Shown one piece after another: positions 13,893-26,999 of a stretch of DNA of 64,000 nucleotides. This DNA is from the human T2T-CHM13v2.0 reference genome, Homo sapiens. Every line of letters starts with the position of its first letter. Position 1 is the first letter of the stretch. The translations under genes and the position numbers were made by a program. The stretch lies in assembly GCF_009914755.1 (NCBI RefSeq), contig NC_060926.1; one strand, written 5' to 3'. The notes under the pieces are model-generated. The model ran no database searches and was not told the origin of the DNA. It was given only the letters and a program-made list of their open reading frames with translations.

Positions 13893-13919
13893 GTAGGCTG
13901 TTCTTGGAGGCCTCTGTAA
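13893..13919 (+). CDS. NRP2: Intron-9 read-through tail of soluble isoform s9NRP2 (VGCSWRPL-stop)
   Basis: In-frame GTAGGCTGTTCTTGGAGGCCTCTGTAA directly after the exon 9 donor; matches the recalled s9 C-terminus; AATAAA follows at 14011. Confidence 0.88.
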   Translation, partial: VGCSWRPL

Positions 13920-14010
13920 CGTTACCCTCAACAGGGAGGCTAAGTGTGGTACAGGGAGTTGAGACTGATGATGTCCCATCTAAACAGTCGTCATCCAACT
14001 CCTGAAATCC

Positions 14011-14016
14011 AATAAA
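14011..14016 (+). terminator. Intronic polyadenylation signal for s9NRP2
   Basis: Canonical AATAAA about 90 nt after the s9 stop, with U/GU-rich sequence downstream. Confidence 0.75.
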
Positions 14017-14034
14017 ACAAATATCGTTTGAGAG

Positions 14035-14575
<541 letters not shown>

Positions 14576-16089
14576 TTTATAAAGTTCAACACTCTTTATA
14601 CACTCTTTCAGATAAAGTTTCCTTGAAATTGGCCAGACATCTAAAGGGGATGTGGTTTTTGGAGGCCAAGCTATAGAAACTAGAGGATGACTTCCAAAAA
14701 TAACGATGTTTTTCTGAATGTCGCTGCATTCCTTTGTATTCTCCTAGTTTTGACTGCTTAGATCTTTCCGGCCTCTCAGACTGAGGCAAGGGAGAAGCAA
14801 GAGAAACTCACCCCGAGCCAGAAGCTCAGGCCAGTACAGCTTACTCCCCTGCCACCAGAGTGAAGGTCAGCCTTCAACACAGACACAAGGAGCCCCAGAA
14901 GGGGAGGAGACGTCATACCTCTGTCCCTCCCCAGATCAGTCTCCTGGCAGGCCAGGCTCTCTGATTCTTATCTCTAGTTACCCCTTGTTTTTCTCAAAAG
15001 AACAGGTCCCTAAAAAAGGAGGGAGTTTGCATGTCTCGGGGCCACCTTTGCTAAGCAAATGTCTCCATTCTGAATACAGAGGCAAGAGTTGGGTTGGAGG
15101 TTTTGCGATGCTGAGGTAAACTCCCAGCTCTCAACTCCAGAGGCTTAGAAAGGCTCAGGGCTTGGTAACTGGAACCTTGCATCGATGGAGCAGAAGTTGG
15201 ACCGCAGGCTTCCCCATGGAGAGCTGAGCCTGGTTTTTCTTGGGAAAGAAGTTGATCTTTGCCATTGTGGGAGACAGCCCTATCCGAGACAGTGCTTCTG
15301 GTTCAGAATTGTGGACGCAGGGCATCCTGAAAACTGGAGCGGTCCTGCTGAATTTCTGGGGGCTAATCAGCTGCAGGCCCTGGCCACCCACTCCTGTCCT
15401 TCCCCCGGATGAGTGTCTCCAAGTGTACTCTAGGCTGGTCCTCCAAAGCAGCCCCCTGCTCCCCGCATCATCAGTTTTATGTACTGGGGCTCCGTGTGAG
15501 GTTTCTTTTGACAGGAGTGCTTTCCCTAAACAAAGGTTTGGGAAACAGTCTAAGACTATCGATGTGTGACCAGAAGACAGTGTCATTGGCCTAGGGGTCA
15601 TTTTCCCATAAGGTTCTCAGTGAGCTAGGAACTATCAGTCAGCTTGGGTTACCTCAATGGAGGCTTTCACACATTAGAAAAAGAAGTGTCCCTTTCCCTG
15701 TAGACCAGGAATTCAGAACGGTCAAAGATCGCCCAAACTGCCTTCCCCCCTCTCTAGCCAAAGTCAGCTGAAAACGCAGTTGGAGCCAAATTCTTCCCCA
15801 GATACTCCATTTTAGTCACCAGGTAAAAGACACAACCTGGAAATTGCCACCTTTGTTTACTTCCTATTTTCCATAATTCTGGGTCCATAACCACCTTCCA
15901 AATGAATAAAATCCTTGGTCTGAAAATGAAGCTCGCGTGGATCAGAATGTCCCAGTGACCAGGAATCAACTAGGAAGCTGCCTTCCTAGCAGGACGTGCG
16001 GGGCAGGGAGGAGAAGGGGAAGGAAAGGGAAGAAGGTGATAGGGACTGGGTCCCACACCAGAAGGGCTGAGTGGCCTCTCTCCCTGCAG

Positions 16090-16234
16090 CTGTTCGAAGG
16101 GAACATGCACTATGACACCCCTGACATCCGAAGGTTTGACCCCATTCCGGCACAGTATGTGCGGGTATACCCGGAGAGGTGGTCGCCGGCGGGGATTGGG
16201 ATGCGGCTGGAGGTGCTGGGCTGTGACTGGACAG
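16090..16234 (+). CDS. NRP2: NRP2 exon 10 (145 nt, phase 0-1), C-terminal part of the b2 domain
   Basis: ccctgcag|CTGTTC ... ACAG|gtaaga; encodes LFEGNMHYDTPDIRRFDPIPAQYVRVYPERWSPAGIGMRLEVLGCDWT. Confidence 0.97.
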
Positions 16235-17584
16235 GTAAGATGACATTTCCTCCTCTTTGCATCTCACCCACATGGTCCTCTGACCCTGGCATCCCACGAG
16301 GCCCTGGGAGGGCTGTGGAGGGGGCAGCCATCCCAGGAGCTGGAAATGCTGCAGACCCCTGCCATGTTCTCCTGCCTCAGACCACGGGTACTGCAGCCTC
16401 TGGACTTGGGACAGTTTCTCAAGGGATGTACTTTGTCTTTTTTAAGGGATCATTTCAGTTCTCCAACCCGAGTCTCTCAAAAACAAATCATAACCACACA
16501 CCACCCACCCAAATTCAATTAGACCCTGGCTCTTCAGGCCAGAGGGCTGTGGCTGTTGATTTAGGGAAGAAAAAAACCCCTCATGATAATAAAGTAATCG
16601 GTTTATGTCTGAATCTGGCCTCCAGATGTCAGTGGCTAAGAGACTTCATTTTCATTTCGGAGCCACATCTGTAAAAGGCATTTATTTGCTCAGGAGGGAC
16701 CCTGTTGCAGGGAGCTGATGGGGGCAGGACTCCTTCTCATTGTCCTGCTCATTCCTGCCAGGTGGCCCAGGCCTTGGGGAACACCTCTCATCATTCCAAA
16801 TGAGGGTGAGGCCCACGGAGGGTGCCCAGCCTTCCTGGTTTCCGAGGGAGGGCCCTGCCCTTCTGAGTCAGGCCCTACCTTCCTTTCCTTGGGTCGCCAG
16901 CCCTCCTCCCTCAGCAGAGCTGGCACCAGATCTTACCCAGAGCTCACTCACTGCCTGCCAAAAGGAGTTCGTGGGAGCCACTGGGGCTCAGGGACTGAGC
17001 CTGATGCCAGCAGGAGCAGCCACCAGCCTGAGCTATCCTGCCCTCCTCCGCCAGAGCCCCAGGTATCCCCATTTTCCTGTCTGTGCCGTACCTGTCACGG
17101 GCTCAGCCGGCAGGATGGCATGAGGGATTAATAAGGGCATGTCGGAGAAGTGCTTTTGGCTCCCAGGGAGAAAAATGCTGCCTGTATGCTGGCTACAGCA
17201 GCGCAGAGGAGCCCTGTTGAGGCACACGGGCTGGGAATTGGGCCCAAATTAGCCTCCTCACTTTTGAATTGAAGGCAGCCCCAGCGAACACATCTTCATA
17301 GGAAGACACTTAACTCCCCATTACCTGGGGATGAGGCCAAAGTTCCCTGCAGCCTGCTAAACGTGTGTCACCCGTCCTCTCACAGGTGCAGAAAACCTCC
17401 CCCCGATACAAGCTGGCTTCATTTATGTGCCCTGGAATCAGGGGCTCAGCGCTGTAGGGGATCCAGGAGCTTGTAAGCCAGTGGCTTTCACACACTTCTG
17501 CCCATGATACACAATTTAAAATAATTTTCCTTCACAACCCGCTTCACTTATAAGCACTCACACACAGTGGTGTATACGGGGTAC

Positions 17585-17810
17585 AGTGTATGGGTAAGTG
17601 CTTGGACTCTGGAGACAGATTGCCAAGTTCAAGTCCTGCCCCTGCCATTGGCTGGCTGCATAACCTCAGAAAAGTTAGTCTCTCAGCGCCTTGGTTATCT
17701 TAGCTGAAAAATGGAGAGGACAATAGTCTGTCTACCCCATAGGGTCATTGTGAGGATTAAATGAATGAATGGATGTGAAATACTTAGACTACTGCCTGCA
17801 CCCAGCAAAC
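17585..17810 (+). mobile_element. MIR
   Basis: GGACTCTGGAGACAGA...GTTCAAGTCCTGCCC...AAAATGGAG...ATTGTGAGGATTAAATGA. Confidence 0.7.
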
Positions 17811-20068
17811 CTGTTATGATAAATAACTGTAACTGAAACAAAAGGTTCCCAAAGCAATGGTCATCTTAACCATGGAAGTGCACTCCAAAATATTATAGTC
17901 GGTATGTTTTAAAAGCTGGTCATGACCTATTCGACGGATTCCACAACCCAATGATGAGAGTGATGCGTGGTTTGGGAAATATCACAGACCTGGGCCAATT
18001 CCTCTTTCATAGACAAGGAAACAGCCCCAGAAGGTAGAAGTCACTTGCCAGAGGTCACTCAGCTGGATGAAGTCCACCTCATTCTTCCCCCCATCCCTTG
18101 CCCTTCAGTGCCATGCCCTCCCAGTCTGGCCAGTGGGACAGTTGCTAATGACCTCTTTCCTTCATTGCTCCCCAATCCCAACATGCCCCAAATTACACTG
18201 GTGACGGTCAGTGACAGGTTTCTTATTTCAAAGCCCTGCCTGGCCATTCCTTGGAAGATCAGAGTTGAGGAGCGTTCCCCTCTGCCCAGCCTCCTTTCCT
18301 TTGAAGTCTCTGACATCTGGTTTCAATTTCAGGGGTAGCGTTGCTGTTTGATGGGCAGTTACCTTGGAGCACCCAGTACAAACATAGTACAAACAGTATA
18401 AACACCGAGGCCTCGGTGCCCGCCGTTCCTCCACTTTCATTTACACGCCCTGCCCTCCGGTGCCTCATTGGCCCCTGGGTTTAACATTCTTTACACCAAT
18501 CAGCTGACCCATTTTGCTACCTAACATTTCCAGAAACTGTTCTCCATAGGTCACGTGGCTATGTTTGCTTTTCGAATTTCCATCTGTTTCTCACACTCAT
18601 CTTCGGTTCACTTCTTCATCCCTATCCCAAAGGATAACAGGAAAAATAATGGGCTGGGCTGAGCTGCTGCAGCTAAATACTTTGACAGGGCTGCTTCACC
18701 TGTTAGTTGGTTTGTGTTTCAAATAATTATGTTTTGCCTTACTGCCCCATAGTTTGCTTTACAATCGAGTTTCTATGACACAGTGACAAACTTGAACTTA
18801 CAAATTAGGACACTTCGAGGTTATTTGCTATTTACTGTGAGCAAAAGGCAGACACAGCAAAGGGAAGTATGAAAGGTTATGTGCGTAGTATTTAATAGCA
18901 GAAAGGTGGGAAGCCGACCGTGAAAAAGCTATTCAGCGTATTTAGCAATTTCCTCCAGCTCCTGGCTTTATTAAATGGTATCCTGAAGGGTGCCTGACAA
19001 AGGCGCCTAATCACATACAGTAGTGCAAAGGAGCATGTATAGAAATGAGAGGGACAAGGCACTGGCATCCTGTTGGAGGACAGCTCTGGGATGAAGACAC
19101 CACCCCAAAACACATGGACTTGAGCACCAGTTTCCAGAACCCCTTTCACCCCACCCAGGGCCTGACTCATAGCTCCATTCACTCCCTCAATAGTTGCTGA
19201 ATGAATGACGGGCATGAGCAAATAAGCAAATGAATAGGTGAATGAATCACCTAGAGCTGAGGTCAAAACCCCCTGCCTGCAGCCAGGTTTGGCCTAGCCA
19301 GGGTTCATTGTGTGCTACTTAGTATAACATTTTTAATAAGTTGCCAACATGTAGAGTCTGGAGATTTTACTTAGGGATTTTTGCTTTCTTGTTGGGGGAA
19401 GGAAAGGGGGAAAGATTTGGAAGACCTGGCCTGGCCACACTGGGCCACCTCCCCTCCAGGCCCCAGTCTGCTGGAGCCAGTCATGGAGGCCACCTTTAAA
19501 CCAGGCATGTAAGATCCCAGCTTTCACCACCTCCTCTCTCTCCAACCTTCCCCTGCCCTCACAACCACGTCTGCTTTCCTCACTTACAGTAGGTGTTTGG
19601 ATCCAGGAAACACTTGAACTTGCCACACCCTGACCTAAAGACATAGCCCCAAATCACTTTCACCATGTAGGGTCTGAGCCTCTTTAAATCCATATTCCCG
19701 TCCATCCAGTTTTGTGCAAACATGAGCCAGAGTGTGCTTTGGTCCTTCCTTGGAGTCAGCGTCGCCTGTAGCCCCCTCCGTTATTGTCTCGTGGCCTTTT
19801 GTGCTAAACTCGGGGCCTCTGCTGTGGAGTAAAGAATGTGGGTTTGTGTCCCTACCTCTGTCACTGCTGGTTCTGCAACCCAGGACCATTCTCATTCTAC
19901 TATGGTGATGCCCCTGACTTCGTTGACAGCACACAGACATGACTTCAGAGTTCCGTGCACATGTGTGCATCTTCTTTCCCTTCTCTAGAGATGTTTGGCA
20001 TCTTCCTCCTGCTGGGTTGCAACACAGGCTGCTACAGCATTCTCTTATCTTCCTTTGCCCTTACACAG

Positions 20069-20185
20069 ACTCCAAGCCCACGGTAGAGACGCTGGGACCC
20101 ACTGTGAAGAGCGAAGAGACAACCACCCCCTACCCCACCGAAGAGGAGGCCACAGAGTGTGGGGAGAACTGCAGCTTTGAGGATG
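20069..20185 (+). CDS. NRP2: NRP2 exon 11 (117 nt, phase 1-1), Thr/Glu-rich b2-MAM linker
   Basis: ttacacag|ACTCC ... GATG|gtaagc; encodes (D)SKPTVETLGPTVKSEETTTPYPTEEEATECGENCSFED. Confidence 0.96.
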
Positions 20186-23178
20186 GTAAGCACAAATTGC
20201 CTCCAGATGGCATGGGTGCGGACTAGTCAGAGTGGGAGCTGGCCTGTGGCTGGACAGGGACCTAGTGGTCCCCCAGATCAGAGATCCAGGGGATCTCAAA
20301 GAAGTGGTAAGAGAGGTGGGGGCACTTAGGGGTTTGGGGCAGTGGCTGTTTACAACCAATGTAGAAGCATTTGGATAGTGTAACAACCAGTACAGCCCTA
20401 CTGGTGTGAACCCACTAGACATCAGGTGAGACAAGGATGACTCCAAAGAGAACTCCTCTTTTGAGGAGTCTCATTTGTTGAGCCCTCACTATCTTGCTTG
20501 TCTGCTAAAGGAGAACCATTCTTATCCTTAGAATTCACAGCTCTGATAGTTTTTCCTGTTAAGCTGTGTGTGTATGCTACAGCGAAGTGAAGATACGGCA
20601 GTCATCTGGGTGATGGAGCGCGATAGTTGGGTTAATCCAGCAGTTACCTGTGACTTAATTGTGTTTCCCTGTGTCTTTCACCGCCACCAATTTGAGAAAG
20701 TATAACAGTGATGATTCTATAAGATAGTGCACTGTATCCTCTATAACTGGAGTGCAGATCAGAGACAAAGGCGGAAATGTAAAAAGGCATCTTCAACCGT
20801 TCCCTCAAAACTCAGGGGCTCCGCATTTCTGGATGGGTCCCATCACATGGGAAATTCTTTTCATTTATCTTCGGAGTATATCCAAGTTAGATAAAAACAA
20901 TAATTGGCAGAATCCAAAAGTCAGTCACATTTTAAATCATACTGCTAAAGTCACCAAGTATGAGGACATTTATAAGAAACCACAAATTTTGGAACACCTG
21001 GCATTTTGGCTAGAATGTTAAGCTTGACAGCCTCAACTTACAGTAAATTACTGATCATTATTAAATGTTCATTAAACAAAATGAGGGAAGATTGGCAAAG
21101 AGACTAGAGAAGTGATGGAGACATAAAGATATAGGTAGATGGCAAAATCTGTGGAACCTGCAAGCACAGCCGTTTGACAGTTAGAGGAACTACACTGATG
21201 GAGTGGATGACTCCAGAAAATGGCTACAAAGAAGAATGGGAGGAAAGCCAAGAATAAATGCTGAAGTTATGTGACTGAAAAAGCAATAATTTAATGCATA
21301 TGCTTTGGGGATTGTGCTTTCATATTATTGTGTGGGTGGGGGACACTGTTGGTCGGGGTTAGTTGAATACAGAATTCTGACATTTTAATGAACTTGTTTT
21401 TGTTTTATGGAGAGAAGAAGGAGACTTGGAGAATCTTCCAAGACATGTTTCAGATAGTTTGAGAGCCAAAAGTGGAATGCATAGGGAGTTAACATACGAT
21501 ATTGGATTTACAGAGTTAGCTTGTTGGGGGACCTGGAGTGGGGGTTCTAGCTAAATGACAATCAAAGGAAAAATTAAGGGTTCTGCTGCAAAATTTCAGA
21601 AGTTTATTTTTAATATGATTTTCCCGTTTCTAGTGGTTTGTTTCATTTGAGGTTTCTTTGATGGTTCCTCCCTTTTCTTTTTGCAAAAGTTTTTTTTGTA
21701 GAATTTGGTTCCTGAGATACAGTATACATGTAAACATTACAGAGGATTTATGCTATATTGAATTACTTCGTATTTTTGAAGAGAAAAATAGAAATTCAGA
21801 AATTGTCAGGAGAAGGGGTGGTAAAGGCTAAGGGCTGACTTTTCCAAGCCACAGGTTGATGCTTCTGTAATAGATTCCATGTGTCTCTTCTAAACTCAAG
21901 CTGACTTTGGCCAAGGGTGGGCAAACATTAAATATCCTGTCCTGGAAAGGGAAGGCATTTACAGGGCCTGGTGGCAATCTTCCTCCTCCCTCTGACGCCA
22001 GCAGTGCCCTGCCCCCCATGAGGTGAGCCCTCCTCACCCCTAGGGTGAGTAATTTGTTTCTACCAGTCCGTGGCTCCCTTTAGACTTCCTAACCTGCATT
22101 CTAAGCCTTCCCCAGGGAAATTCCTCTCTAAGAACCCTGGGAAGGGAAGTGAGAAGGGCAGAGACCCCACTTTCTCCCTGCTACCAACATTAGCCAACAT
22201 TTTTCCACTGTCTCCGCAGGCACTGCCGGCAAACAACCAAATCTGGGTTCCCATTTCCTCTTTCCCCACGTCCACACCACCCCCACTTAGTCACATATTT
22301 GGCATTAGCTCATACTGGATTTTTGGAGCTGGGTGGAACCTCAGAAGAAACTCTCTTGGTTCTGTCTTCAGGCTCAGGCAGGTGAACCATCAAAGCAGAC
22401 AGGACACCACTGTGTCATTAGTTCCTGGATTCCCATAGGGAAAGCATTCTCTACCTCCCGGGGTCGCAGCCTCCAGGGATTCAGCATGATGGGAAATTAT
22501 TTTTCCTCCTGGCCAGCACTGAGCTGAGAAGCTGGCTGGTCTGGTCCCTTCGATTTGCTCTTACCATGCCAAATTTCCCACCGGGCATACCTCCCCATGG
22601 AGATGCTGGACTGTCCCAGTCTTCAGAAATAGAGACGGATCACAAAGAGGTGAAGTGTAGCAAACAAGCCTTCCTTGTTTCTGAGGTCACTTTCTCCTCA
22701 CTGGGCAGAACCTCCCAGGGATTTCAGTCTCTCTGGATGCTAATGGGCTGCCCCATCTCCTCTGAGAGCCAGGTTGGCAGGAGATGAGATAATACTTTTT
22801 TTGGGAGCCAGCCTTCCACCAGGGCACTGGGGAGACATTCTTCTCTGGCATTTAGGGAACAGCAATTTTCACATTTGTCTGCTCTCCGAGGTGGACAGAA
22901 GAGGCTGATTAGAGCCTGAAGCCATTTGGTAGCCTCATTCATAATTGCTTACTATGGGAACCACTGGCAGACTTGGCTTTCATGCCTGGGAAGGATGAGA
23001 CCAAAGCCTGACCCGAAAGCCAGCGATCGCCAAGATGAGTTAAATGAATAAGCAAAGGAAGCCACTTCTTTCTCTGCTCTCCACTCAGGCCTTGCCAGCC
23101 ATTTAAATAGTACCACTGTGGCTGTTCTCTGAACCCATTTCATTTGCCTTCCTTTGGGTTATTGTTTTCCCCTTTTAG

Positions 23179-23319
23179 ACAAAGATTTGCAGCTCCCTTC
23201 GGGATTCAATTGCAACTTCGATTTCCTCGAGGAGCCCTGTGGTTGGATGTATGACCATGCCAAGTGGCTCCGGACCACCTGGGCCAGCAGCTCCAGCCCA
23301 AACGACCGGACGTTTCCAG
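23179..23319 (+). CDS. NRP2: NRP2 exon 12 (141 nt, phase 1-1), start of the MAM (c) domain
   Basis: ccttttag|ACAAA ... CCAG|gtaagc; encodes (D)KDLQLPSGFNCNFDFLEEPCGWMYDHAKWLRTTWASSSSPNDRTFP, with the MAM CxFD...CGW signature. Confidence 0.96.
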
Positions 23320-24021
23320 GTAAGCCAGCTGTGAGTGAAGATATGAAAGAGTTAAGGCCAGCTTGTTCCACATACTTCAACCCCAGATTCCCTTACAAGC
23401 TTCATAACTTCCCACCGCACAGCAATCCTCTATTCTTTGCCCACAAACCACCACAGTCTTTGCTCAAGACGTCACCTCAAAGAATAGCCAGTTGGTGGTT
23501 CCCAGCCTCTCTTGTGATTACAGCACAGCCTGGAAGCTGGGAGGGAGAAGCGGAAGCCAAGATAGAAGAAAGAGGAGAAAGAAAAAAGGGACAATTGGGA
23601 GGCCCTAGGAGATGGGGCACGAGTCAGTGTCCTCTTGTTCCCATAGCCAGCACCCACTGCTATTATCACAGAGCCCCTTGTCAACTTCGAGCTGGGTACT
23701 GTTCCTAAAATGGCTCATTGGGAGATGACTGGCCTTGAGTTTGATTTATACGTCTCTGAGGGTGCCACTGCTTCTACACCAAGTCAATTTGAGGGACCAA
23801 AATGCTGCCACACCCATGGGTATCTAGCAGAGCTGCCTGGCACTTGGCCTCTAGAAGAGTATTGCTGTAAGTCCTGGATACATTGTTAAGCCCACCATTT
23901 TAGTTTCAGAAAGCCAGATTTCAGAAGCTTCTCCTGGCACTGCTGACAAGAAGGGGTTGCCTCTATCCCTTCTAAACAGGTAGCAAGAGTTGTCTGCTAT
24001 CTCTGCTGTTACGTGCTTTCA

Positions 24022-24447
24022 CAGCAGTATGATGGTAAATGTTTAACAATAGGCTTTTTAGGGATTAAAAAATAAACTGCTTTTTAACGTTTGTCACTTT
24101 CAGTGGTGTAAATACCCTTACCATAGCTGAGCTTAAGCTACCAACACAACATCAATGGAGATGGAGTTGAGAAGTCAGTAAGAGAGCATTATATAGTTTT
24201 TTTTTCCATTGTGCAAATACAGTAGACAGAAATGACTCCAGAAGTATAGCTACTGATAAAATGTATTAAGATAACTAGCAAGTGTTGAGTTTTGAGGATT
24301 TGTTACCTTTGTTTTTTAATACAATTTATTGAATTATAGCTTTATATAATTTAATTTTTACTAATGAATACATTTAACAACTGGCTTGCAAAACACTTGA
24401 CAAGCAGCTCTCACAAGCTGGTACACCTTGGATCTAGCACAGCACTG
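24022..24447 (-). mobile_element. MER63-type hAT DNA transposon relic
   Basis: Ends CAGCAGTATGATGGTAAATGTTTAACAA and CTAGCACAGCACTG; internal GGTGTAAATAC and AAGCTACCAAC resemble the recalled MER63 consensus. Confidence 0.65.
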
Positions 24448-26797
24448 AGTGACTTTGAATTCTCCTGTACTTCTGGCCTGGACCTGAGACCTCCATAAGC
24501 ACTGGAGAGGAGAGGGGTGAATTCCGGAAATTTAGTAGATCAGTTTGCCAGGGTACAATAGGAAAAGGCTAGAAAATAAAAGAGGGAAAGGGACCTTCCC
24601 TTCTGCAGGCTTCCTTAGAACTGCTTCTCACCCCAAGCACTGGCGTGTCCCTTCTTCCCGGTGGGGGCAGTGGGACAGATGCTAGGAGAACACTTGGAGC
24701 TGGCCTCCTGACACAGTCCACACTTGCTTCCCTGGAGGGTCACAGTGCCTGATCCGGAGAAAAACATTTTCATATTTCAAGTGTTTATCTCTTCAGCATT
24801 TGAGTGCTCAGAGAGATTAATATCTGAAGATCACCACAGCCTCAGGCAAAAGAAGAGAACACTTACCCCAGTCCAGCCTTAATCACCCTCCCTTCTCTGT
24901 TCACTGCAATAATGTTTAATTAATATAATGAGCCTCCTGCACGTTGGGAAAAAATACTTATTTTTATAACCCAGCCTGGATTTTTCATTTCATTTCCACT
25001 CCTTTGAGACTGCATCCAATTAATTCATGGTTGTTCCCAACCCCCATGTTTTATCTGAATGTAAAGAAGGTTTGTGGGGTCTGTGTAGGTGTGGGTATTC
25101 TAGTGTTAATGTGTGTGTGCATGAGTGTGTTTGTGGTTTCTGTGCATGGGTGTGTGTGTGTGTCTGTGTGGTATGTACCTCAGCAGAGGCGCTTGGAATA
25201 AAAGGATATAGCCGGGGTCCTCTGCAGGCTGGGGAGGTTGGCTGGCTCTTATTCAGTGTCTGTCCTCAGGTTCATTCTAATGATTCTGGCCTCCTCCCTT
25301 GACTCTTCTAAGCATATTTTCTCTGGGAGTGTCTGAGGGCAGCCCTACCCAGGCCACAAGGCCACCAATTACTGAGTCACAGCTCCAGGGGAGCTTAAGT
25401 GACCTCCCTTTGACCCTGGCCTGGACCTCTGTTTCTTCACCCGTTCACCACCGCCTCCTCCTCGTCCAGTCCTGGCCTTCACCCGAAAGCCCCTATGGTT
25501 GACCTTTGCTACTGGTTGGGAATTCTAGTCTTTGTCCTCCTTCCAGTTGATTCATTATACCCTGTGGTTTGGGAGGGCTTTTCAGAGCAAGCTCACAAAG
25601 TGGGCAGAATTCCAACCTTTGGCTGAATGGATGGGGACAGAGAGAAAATTAGGGCCATAAGGAACTGCTAAATCTAATGTTGTTCCTCCCTTAAGATATT
25701 GAAAGGGAAAGTAATTATTTTCCTATTCCAGAGGAATCCCGAAGTTTGGGAAAGTGGCACTTATAACCTGCCTCCAGGAAACAAAATCATAATATTGTTC
25801 TCAGAGCCCTTCCCTCTATCCTCTGATGACTTTATGAACCGTTCTCTGTATTTCCCATTTTCCTTCTCCCTACAGAGCTTGATATTGGGCTTTAAGCAGG
25901 AGAGGAGAGAAAGCCCTTTCTGTTCAGGGTGGTCCTTACTTCTTCTCCATAGGGAAAAAAAAAAAAGGAGGGGGAGGCCCTGAGGGGATTGGGGAGAAGG
26001 GAAGCAGCTGGCTTGGTTGGGGGCAGAGCAACTGCTAATGGGTTCAGAGCGGCTGGCGCCCACAGAGTCAGCCTGAAAGCCTGTTGTGTGCCACACTTTG
26101 CCATCCACAGAGGGGACCGTCCCACTCTTCACGAGCGTGTGCCATATGCTTCATCCCCTGATGAGATAGGCAAACAGAAGTAATGAAATTTAAGAAAGGA
26201 GGTGTCTCTGTCAAGTGTGAGGGGCGTCAGGGTGAAGAGAAAGGTGGATGGGAGAGGAGCTAGCCGTGTTGAAGTACCCAACACGGGCCCTATGTGGAAA
26301 CTGCTTACATTCCTCGGATATTTTCTGATTTCATTATTTTCTCATATTTTCTTTCTTTTTTTTTCCTTTCCTTTTCCTTTTAAGTAAGCAATTAGTTCTG
26401 TTCTTTTTGGCCAGTGGTTGCCTAAGGCTGAAAAGCACCCACTGGTTTCATTCCACTGTTTTTGTTTTTCAAGATAGTCTTTCAAGCCAGTCAGAATTTC
26501 TGTTTTTAGCTCTTTGCTTGTGGCTTAGCTGCCTGGAGTGTGTTCACACCAGCCTCTGGGGACCCTGTTCCAAATTCAGTGACCCCTGCTAGCTGCGGAG
26601 GAACACTCAGTGTTCTCTAAGAGGCCACTTTGGCTTTCCTCTGTAGTGACAATGACATAGGAAGCACCCCCTTACTAGGAGATGGCATGTTTCCTACATT
26701 CTCAGGTGCTTTGAACATAGACAGAGTTTTGAGAATGATCAAAGCCCAGCCTTTAAGAACCGAGACAAAAACTCATAGGGCGGGCAGGTATCTAAAG

Positions 26798-26999
26798 CTG
26801 CAGCATTGAATATTGTAGCCATGAGCCATGTGTGGCAATTTTATTTTAATTAATTAAAATGATTACAGCCAAAACTTCGGTTCTGCTGTCCCACCAGCCA
26901 CATTCCAAGGGCACAGTAGCTACACTGTATTGGTCAGTGCATAGACAGGGCACGTCACTGTATACACGGCATCATCACAGAATGTATTGGACAACACTG
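26798..26999 (-). mobile_element. MER3-type hAT-Charlie MITE
   Basis: GTAGCCATGAGCCATGTGTGGC, AT-rich centre, CATCATCACAGAATGTATTGGACAACACTG end. Confidence 0.65.

Noticed and set aside
15937-16674. 245-aa ORF as an independent gene
   Set aside because: It is exon 10 plus flanking intron that happens to lack stops
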